A DNA stretch of 32,000 bases, from positions 37,004 to 69,003 of the forward strand of contig NZ_JAVRBS010000017.1 in the NCBI RefSeq assembly GCF_034531155.1, in the 5' to 3' direction. Below are positions 17,712 through 25,000 of this stretch, piece by piece. The stretch comes from Nostoc sp. ChiVER01 (GTDB taxonomy: Bacteria; Cyanobacteriota; Cyanobacteriia; Cyanobacteriales; Nostocaceae). A program made the translations under genes and the position numbers. The notes beneath the pieces are model-generated. The model made no database searches, had not been told where the DNA came from, and saw nothing but the letters and a program-made list of their open reading frames with translations. The stretch's first letter is position 1. The number at the start of each line of letters is the position of its first letter.

Positions 17712-18620
17712 TTAACTCTTAACTCCGAATTTTTTAAACTGTTCCCCTACATAAGAGAGGGAATCTTTAAGATGCTTGTGGAAGTAGTTCCAGCCTATAT
17801 CAGCACCAGACAAACCATGACCTCCTGGAAAGGCATAAAATACGTGAGCAATACCTAATTTGTTTAAGGTATCGTTGAAATCTTTGGTAGAAGCCAGCAA
17901 ATTAGTATCATTCAAACCCGCATCTAAGTAAACACGCAATCGCTTCCTATCTTCAATTGGTAGCTGTTGCACGATTTGTTGGGGGCTATTTTGCGAACCG
18001 CTATTATCGGTAAAATAACCGCTATGACTAAACAGAATGTGGAAGTTGTTGAGATGGCGTAACCCGATATTAAAAGCCCCCCATCCTCCAGAAGAAAGAC
18101 CTCCCAACGCCCAAAACTGGGGTTCTTCTAAAGTGCGGTAGCGTGACTTGACAACTTGCACTAGTTCTGAACCAATTAAAGTCCCAACTTTACCATTCGG
18201 CCCATCAAAATAATCGGGGTCGTATAAAGGACTAGAACCCCGATTATCATTACCATCAGGTGTAATTACAATCGATGGCGGTAATTTTCCACTTTTATAA
18301 AGTTCATGCAATACATCTAAGATGGCATATTTATCAGCGTAAGCACGGGCATCATCATGACCACCGTGTAGTAATAATATCACAGGATACCGCTTTTGTT
18401 GATTTTTATTATAACCAGGCGGCAAAATCACGCCATAGTTGCGGACTGCACCCATCGCTTGGGAGTTAAAGCTTGCTAATTGAAACTTTAGCCCAGTATT
18501 TGCCTCTTCTTGAGGTGGGTCTAATTGTGGCGCACCTAAGATGAATACATAATAATAACCAGCAGTAGTAAGGAGTGCGATCGCTCCTACTAAACTAATT
18601 AAAAATTTAGAAATCTTCAT
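17712..18620 (-). CDS. Membrane-anchored alpha/beta hydrolase (putative esterase family)
   Basis: 302 aa with an N-terminal TM anchor. Motifs are YPVILLLHGG and the nucleophile elbow GGLSSGGWGA (GxSxG). By eye it is a roughly 60 percent identical paralog of the next gene. Confidence 0.8.
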   Translation of the reverse strand: MKISKFLISLVGAIALLTTAGYYYVFILGAPQLDPPQEEANTGLKFQLASFNSQAMGAVRNYGVILPPGYNKNQQKRYPVILLLHGGHDDARAYADKYAILDVLHELYKSGKLPPSIVITPDGNDNRGSSPLYDPDYFDGPNGKVGTLIGSELVQVVKSRYRTLEEPQFWALGGLSSGGWGAFNIGLRHLNNFHILFSHSGYFTDNSGSQNSPQQIVQQLPIEDRKRLRVYLDAGLNDTNLLASTKDFNDTLNKLGIAHVFYAFPGGHGLSGADIGWNYFHKHLKDSLSYVGEQFKKFGVKS

Positions 18621-18770
18621 ATTAATTTAACGTTTAAAAAATCACCCCCACTAGAACTTACTATAGTTAATTTGCTGAAAAATTGCAGCTGAGTTTTCCA
18701 CATTGATGTTTAAATATCAAAGGATTTATAAAATCTATGCTACATACAATATGATTTTTACTGCGAATTG

Positions 18771-19733
18771 CTAATGATTTTGACTTTTGACTTTCTCAAA
18801 GGCCGTTCTATGCGCTATTTCAGAAACTCGAAATTGTTCTCCCACAAATGTCAACGAATCGGATAAATGTTCTCGCCAGTATTTCCAAGTGTGGCTACCA
18901 GGAAACTGACGAAACAAATTATAAACTTTTAGCTTATCTAGTACTTGGCTAAACTTTTGAGCTTCGTCGATTTCTTCAATATCTGATGTACCAGAATCTA
19001 GATAAATTCGCAATTTTTTTTGAGTTTGTAAAGGAATAGTTTTGATATAACTTATTGGGCTATTCATTGGGCCACTTTTATCATGAAAATAACCGCTATG
19101 ACTAAATAAAATCGAGAAATGATCTAGGTTATGTAATCCCACATTCATTGCTCCCCAACCACCAGAAGATAAACCACCTATAGCCCAAAAATCTGGATTG
19201 TTTATTGTACGATAACGGCTTTGCACAACTTTTACCAATTCATCCCCTACGGCTGTAGAGACTTTACCATTAGGGCCATCAATATATTCGGGATCTCGGT
19301 AAGGGCTAGAGCCACGTTTGTCGTTACCATCTGGTGTGATAATAATGCTGGGTGGCAACTTACCTTTAGTATAAAGTTGTTCTACAGTTTTAAGAGCTTG
19401 TCCTTTACTCTGAATAAACCAATCACTGGGATTACCATGTCCACCGTGGAGGAGAAATATTACAGGATAGCTTTGTTTTAGGTTTTTTTCATAACCAGGG
19501 GGTAAAGAAACGCCATAGGTGCGACTTGCGCCCATTACCTGACTATCGTAGGTTTCAATTTTGTAGGTTAGGGGAGTAGTTGAGTCGCTAGTATTGGAAT
19601 GAGTTGGAAGAACGGAAGGCTTTGTTTGTAAATCCTGTTGTGGTGGTTTTGCTACGGTACTTTGGGAGAAATTACAGCCAACAAGAGTTAATACTAAAAC
19701 TAGTAAGAGAATTTTAGATTGTTTGTAGTTCAT
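18771..19733 (-). CDS. Lipoprotein alpha/beta hydrolase (putative esterase family), paralog of 17712-18620
   Basis: 320 aa. The signal peptide has the lipobox LTLVGC. Motifs are YPVIFLLHGG and GGLSSGGWGA. It is collinear with the neighbouring esterase. Confidence 0.8.
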   Translation of the reverse strand: MNYKQSKILLLVLVLTLVGCNFSQSTVAKPPQQDLQTKPSVLPTHSNTSDSTTPLTYKIETYDSQVMGASRTYGVSLPPGYEKNLKQSYPVIFLLHGGHGNPSDWFIQSKGQALKTVEQLYTKGKLPPSIIITPDGNDKRGSSPYRDPEYIDGPNGKVSTAVGDELVKVVQSRYRTINNPDFWAIGGLSSGGWGAMNVGLHNLDHFSILFSHSGYFHDKSGPMNSPISYIKTIPLQTQKKLRIYLDSGTSDIEEIDEAQKFSQVLDKLKVYNLFRQFPGSHTWKYWREHLSDSLTFVGEQFRVSEIAHRTAFEKVKSQNH

Positions 19734-19858
19734 TTATTGGGTAGCCGATATTTGCTTTACAAAAGCTTATGCAAATGATATGTCAATGCTGTGTCAACAG
19801 GATGGAAAATTTACGACTGGTTGTAAATTAAAAGTCAAGAGTTAGGATAAGTTTCTTC

Positions 19859-20812
19859 ATGATGCTTAAAAAGCTGCGACTCAATTTCAGTTCTTTGTTT
19901 GGCTTGTTGTTGCTGGTGCTTTGCGTGTGGGCGATCGCTAACGAATTGCATGAGTATAATTATCGTGATATCCTCAACTCCCTTGCAACAATTCCCAAAA
20001 GTCGCTTAAGCTGGGCAATTTGGCTGACAGCGTTGGGTTATCTTGTGATGATTGGCTACGATATCTTAGGTTTTAGCTACATTAATCGCTCCTTAAGTTG
20101 GAACAAGATTGCTCTAACCAGCTTTATTAGCTCTGCATTTAGTAATACCATCGGTTTTGCCTTGCTAACTGGCAGTGCTATCCGTTATCGATTTTATGCT
20201 AGTTGGGGAGTTTCAGCAGTTGCGATCGCTCAAGTAATTGCTTTTGCTAATTTTACTTTTTGGTTGGGGATGTTTGCCGTTGCAGGTTTCTTGTTTCTCA
20301 TCAACCCACTCAAAATTCCCACTCAAATACATTTGCCTTTTACTACTGTGCGTCCCATCGGCGTGATTTTTTTGCTATTAGTCGCTATTTATTTAATTGG
20401 AAGTCTTTTTATTAAACAACCGTTAATAATTCGTGGGCAAGAATTTCGATTTCCTTCTTTTAAAATATCCCTGGCTCAAATAGCAATTTCTAGTTTTGAC
20501 TGGATTTTGGCAGCAGCAGTTCTTTATGCTGTGCTTCCTAGCAATATATCTTTGTCTTATCTAGACTTCTTGGGAATTTATTTACTAGCGATGTTTGCAG
20601 GTGTGGTTAGTAATGTCCCTGGTGGTTTGGGAGTATTTGAAACTATAATTTTGCTGATTCTTTCTTCTAAAGTTTCGGCTGCGGCAATTTTGGGATCAAT
20701 GTTAGCTTATCGCGGAGTCTACTATTTCTTACCTTTGCTAGTAGCAGCAGGTTTGCTAGGAATTTATGAAATTAGATTTAGAGTTGGTAATTTAAAAAAT
20801 ATTGATAAATAG
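19859..20812 (+). CDS. UPF0104 / LPG_synthase_TM family membrane protein (MprF flippase-type domain)
   Basis: 317 aa with about 8 TM helices. The pattern is typical of stand-alone lysyl-PG synthase transmembrane (flippase) domain proteins. It is divergent from the esterase-synthase gene string. Confidence 0.75.
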   Translation: MMLKKLRLNFSSLFGLLLLVLCVWAIANELHEYNYRDILNSLATIPKSRLSWAIWLTALGYLVMIGYDILGFSYINRSLSWNKIALTSFISSAFSNTIGFALLTGSAIRYRFYASWGVSAVAIAQVIAFANFTFWLGMFAVAGFLFLINPLKIPTQIHLPFTTVRPIGVIFLLLVAIYLIGSLFIKQPLIIRGQEFRFPSFKISLAQIAISSFDWILAAAVLYAVLPSNISLSYLDFLGIYLLAMFAGVVSNVPGGLGVFETIILLILSSKVSAAAILGSMLAYRGVYYFLPLLVAAGLLGIYEIRFRVGNLKNIDK

Positions 20813-20845
20813 TAAATTTCAGTTTCAGTATGAGTACGAACAATA

Positions 20846-20878
20846 AGATCCCCGACTTCTTCGATAAGTCGGGGATCT
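20846..20878 (+). terminator. Strong 13-bp hairpin downstream of the flippase-like gene
   Basis: AGATCCCCGACTT (20846-20858), a 7-nt loop, then AAGTCGGGGATCT (20866-20878). The trailing T-tract is weak (GAGCCTTTTGAT). Confidence 0.5.
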
Positions 20879-21041
20879 GAGCCTTTTGATATCTTCACAA
20901 AGAATAGCGATAAATCATAATTTTTGCTGAGGCGATCGCTAATTTAATCCCATAACAATAGTAACAGTTAGGGAAAATTTTTCAACTAGATTTCCATAAA
21001 TCATCAAAATCCCGTTTTATTGTTTGAGGATAGAAAGAATC

Positions 21042-21431
21042 ATGAAAAATAAAGTATTGTTTGGTGCTATTTTCATGGCAACTTGGGTAGGAACATTGAT
21101 TCCAAGTGCTTTTGCTGCTTCACCCTGTTCTGTAGGACAAAAGGCTGAGGTTCTTTGGAAGGAAAAATGGTATCCGGCAACGGTACTTAAGGTTAATAAT
21201 GAGAAATGCTATATTACCTACGATGGTTATGATAGTTCCTGGAATGAATGGGTTGGCACTACACGCTTTCGGGCATCATTTCAAGTTGGCGATGCAGTGA
21301 GAATTTTGTGGAAAGGAAAATGGTATCCAGGGCAGGTTTTAGAAGTTAGTAACGATCTTTATAAAATTACTTATGATGGCTACGATAGCTCTTGGGATGA
21401 GTGGGTTGAACCTGCAAGGGTAAGTAGATAG
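21042..21431 (+). CDS. Secreted protein with two tandem Tudor-like (SH3-fold barrel) domains
   Basis: The ATG at 21042 (MKNKVLFGAIFMATWVGTLIPSAFA) gives a signal peptide. Two repeats follow, of the form G-x-x-V-x-(I/V)-L-W-K-x-K-W-Y-P-x-x-V-L-x-V-x-x-x-x-Y-x-I-T-Y-D-G-Y-D-S-S-W-(N/D)-E-W-V. The ORF track starts at TTG 21024. Confidence 0.7.
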   Translation: MKNKVLFGAIFMATWVGTLIPSAFAASPCSVGQKAEVLWKEKWYPATVLKVNNEKCYITYDGYDSSWNEWVGTTRFRASFQVGDAVRILWKGKWYPGQVLEVSNDLYKITYDGYDSSWDEWVEPARVSR

Positions 21432-21456
21432 GGAATATTTCACTTTTATAAGTTTA

Positions 21457-21500
21457 AAGGGACGATTTCACTTGTTGGAGTCGTCCCTTAAATTGTTTTA
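21457..21500 (+). terminator. Rho-independent terminator of the Tudor-like gene
   Basis: AAGGGACGA (21457-21465) / TCGTCCCTT (21481-21489), followed by AAATTGTTTTAT. Confidence 0.6.
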
Positions 21501-21506
21501 TCAAAA

Positions 21507-21534
21507 CAGAATTCAGGAGTCAGGAGTCAGAATT
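21507..21534. repeat. STRR-type heptamer tandem repeat (CAGAATT/CAGGAGT x4)
   Basis: cagaatt caggagt caggagt cagaatt read directly. The same family occurs in inverse orientation at 30518-30552. Confidence 0.8.
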
Positions 21535-21613
21535 AAGAATGAATTTTGTACAACTGGTAAGAGGCTGCTAAACTGAGAGCCATAAGTAAAATCTCGTATA
21601 CTTTGGCAAACTT

Positions 21614-22066
21614 ATGGAGCCAGTATCGCTGACAGCAGGTGCGATCGCAACCTTGGTAATCGTCAAAGCCTTTGAAAAAACTGGGGAAATCATCGGTGAA
21701 AAGGCTTGGAATGAAGGCGAAAAGTTGTTAGTTCTGCTGAAGCGCAAGGAACCTAGCACGGCGAAGGTTATCGAACAGGCTAAAACACAACCTTTAGATT
21801 ATGGTCAAGCTTATCTCATTGGGCAGCAGGTAGAGGAAGCGGCAAAGAAAGATCCTGAAATTGCCCAAGCTGTGGAAGCTGTAGCTAATGAGGCACAAAC
21901 GCAGATTAATCAAATAGTTATAAAAGGAATTCTGGTAAAAGGTAAGGCTAAAGTCGGCAATATAAATTTGTCAGCCACAAGAGACGGTTCAGTGAATCAA
22001 GAAGCGGTGGTTGATTCTCAATTTGGCGGCGATCTTGACCTTGGTAATGTGGACATGAAAGCCTAA
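21614..22066 (+). CDS. Bell-like helical effector with a C-terminal double 21-aa amyloid-type motif
   Basis: 150 aa. The N-terminal helix MEPVSLTAGAIATLVIVKAFEKTGEIIGEKAW is hydrophobic/amphipathic and the middle is helical. The tail is NQIVIKGILVKGKAKVGNINL, an 8-aa linker, then NQEAVVDSQFGGDLDLGNVDM. Its stop is 4 nt before the NLR start. Confidence 0.7.
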   Translation: MEPVSLTAGAIATLVIVKAFEKTGEIIGEKAWNEGEKLLVLLKRKEPSTAKVIEQAKTQPLDYGQAYLIGQQVEEAAKKDPEIAQAVEAVANEAQTQINQIVIKGILVKGKAKVGNINLSATRDGSVNQEAVVDSQFGGDLDLGNVDMKA

Positions 22067-22070
22067 AATT

Positions 22071-25000
22071 ATGAGCAAAAATCACAGCCCAGAAGAAATT
22101 TTACAGAGCATTCTCCGAAATGTTCAAGTAGGCGGCAATCTGACTACAGGCGATATTACCCAAATCCTGAATTTACTGGTTATTATTCAACAGCCAGACG
22201 TTTTCAAACCAAAGGAAATTCCTCAAAATATTCCTCGTGGTAGCGTAGTCAAGTTTGTCGGACGTGCTGAGACTTTAGTGAATCTGCACGAAAGGCTACA
22301 ACACAGTTCTCAGGTGGTGATTGCTGCAATTGAGGGTATGGGAGGAGTCGGAAAAACAGAGTTAGCAACTCAGTATGCACTGATTCACCTACTACTCAAC
22401 ACTTACCCCGGTGGTATCTGTTGGTTACGCGCTAGAGATGAAGATATTGGGCTTCAGATATTGCAGTTTGCTATAGCTAAGTTAGGATTAAAACCACCAG
22501 AAGATTGGGATTTACCACAGCAAGTTGATTTCTGTTGGTCACGCTGGCACGATGGGAATGTGTTGGTAGTACTGGATGATGTCAACGATTACCCCAAAGT
22601 AGAACAATATTTACCACCACAATCACCCCGGTTTAAGCTGCTAATTACCAGCAGGTTACAGTTAGATTTTCCCCAGTCATTTACTCTAGATGTTTTAAGT
22701 GAGTCCGCAGCACTAGAACTTTTACAAGAGTGGGTGGGAACAGAAAAAGTTGCACAGGAATTAGAAGATGCGAAAGAAATCTGTCAGCGTTTAGGTTATT
22801 TGCCTTTGGCGCTGAATTTGGTGGGGAGGTATGTGAAAAAGCGGAGACTCTCTTTAGCAGAAATGTTGCGGCGGTTAGAAGAAAAAAAGTTAACTCATGA
22901 ATCTTTAGCACGGGATGAAAAAGACCGCGCTTGGACGCTGAATGTTAAACGAGGTGTTGCTGCTGCTTTTGAGTTAAGTTGGGAAGAATTAAATGATTAT
23001 GCCAAGGAGTTAGGTGTTTTACTGAGTTTATTTGCTTTAGCTCCTATTCCCTGGAGACTGGTAGAAAGTGTAGAAACTGGGAAAAATACTACACAGTTGG
23101 AAAAAAGTAGAGTTGATTTAGAAGATTTGCATCTGCTTCAAGGTGAGGATAGCTACCAACTACATCAACTCATTCGGGAATTTTTTCAACTCAAGCAAGC
23201 TGAGTTCAATCAAGTGGAGGAATTAAAGCGATCGCTTTGTGGAGTAATAATAGTAGATGCCAAGAAGATTTCTGACTCGCCCACTCTTGAGCAAATCACT
23301 GCTGTTTCCCCCACCATACCTCATATAGCTGAAGTAGCGAATCATCTCATTCAATACCTCAGCAATGATGATTTAATTTGGCCTTTCCTCGGCAACGTTT
23401 GGTTTTACAAGGGTCAAGGTTTATATAACCAAGCTTTATTCTGGTGTAAACAATGTCTAGAAGTCACTAAAAAGTGCTTAGGAGAAGAACATCCAGATGT
23501 CGCCCAAAGCTTCAACAACCTAGCGTTACTCTACCGTAACCAAGGCAGATACAGTGAAGCCGAACCCCTTTACATCCAAGCTTTGGCACTTAGGCGTCAG
23601 CTGCTGGGAGAACTACATCCAGATGTCGCACAAAGCCTCAACAACTTAGCGGAACTCTACCGTTACCAAGGCAGATATAGTGAAGCCGAATCCCTTCACA
23701 GCCAAGCTTTGGTACTCAAGGTGCTGTTGCTGGAAGAAGAACATCCAGAGGTCGCACTTAGCCTCAGCAACCTTGCGGGACTCTACTATTACCAAGGCAG
23801 ATACAGCGAAGCTGAACCCCTTCTTATCCAAGCTTTGGCACTCAGGCGTAAGTTGCTCGGAGATGAACATCCAGATGTCGGTGTTACCCTCAACAACTTA
23901 GCGGAACTCTACCGTTCCCAAGGTAGATACAGCGAAGCCGAACCCCTTTACATCCAAGCTTTGGCACTTATGCGCCAGCTACTGGGAGATGCACATCCAG
24001 ATGTCGCCACTAGCCTCAACAACCTAGCGGAACTCTACAACTCCCAAGGCAGATACAACGAAGCCGAACCCCTTCTTATCCAAGCTTTGGCACTCAGGCG
24101 CAAGCTGCTCGGAGATGAACATCCAGATGTTGCCACTAGCCTCAACAACCTAGCGGGACTCTACTATCACCAAGGCAGATACAGCGAAGCCGAACCCCTT
24201 TTTATCCAAGCTTTGGCACTCATGCGCCAGGTGCTGGGAGATGAACATCCAAATGTTGCACTTAGCCTCAACAACCTGGGGGAACTCTACCGTTATCAAG
24301 GCAGATACAGCGAAGCCGAACCCCTTTACATCCAAGCTTTGGCACTTATGCGCCAGGTGCTGGGAGAGGAACATCCATCTGTCGCACAAGGCCTCAACAA
24401 CCTTGCAGAACTCTACAACTCCCAAGGCAGATACAGCGAAGCTGAACCCCTTTACATCCAAGGTTTGGTACTTATGCGTAAGTTGCTCCGAGAGGAACAT
24501 CCAGATGTCGCTACTAGCCTCAATAAACTAGCGGGATTCTACGAATTTCAAGGCAGATGCAGCGAAGCCGAACCCCTTTTTATCCAAGCTTTGACACTCA
24601 CGCGTAAGTTGTTCGGAGATGAACATCTATCTGTCGCTAATAGCCTCGATAAACTAGCGGGACTCTACCGTTCCCAAGGCAGATATAGCGAAGCCGAACC
24701 CCTTTTTATCCAAGCTTTGGCACTCACGCGCCAGGTGCTGGGAGAGGAACATCTATCTGTCGCTGCTAGCCTCAACAACCTCGCGTTACTCTACCGTTCC
24801 CAAGGCAGATATAGCGAAGCCGAACCCCTTTTTATCCAAGCTTTGGCACTCATGCGCCATCTGCTGCCAGAAGAAAATCCATCTGTCGCCCGATGCCTCA
24901 ACAACCTCGCAGAACTTTACCATTTCCAAGGTAGATACAGTGAAGCCGAACCCCTTTTTATCCAAGCTTTGGCACTCATGCGCCAGCTACTGCCAGAAGA

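Noticed and set aside
16194-19481. Antisense ORFs within the MprF synthase and esterase genes (16194-16403, 16562-16753, 18275-18469, 19221-19481).
   Set aside because: They overlap strongly supported genes and have no independent signals.
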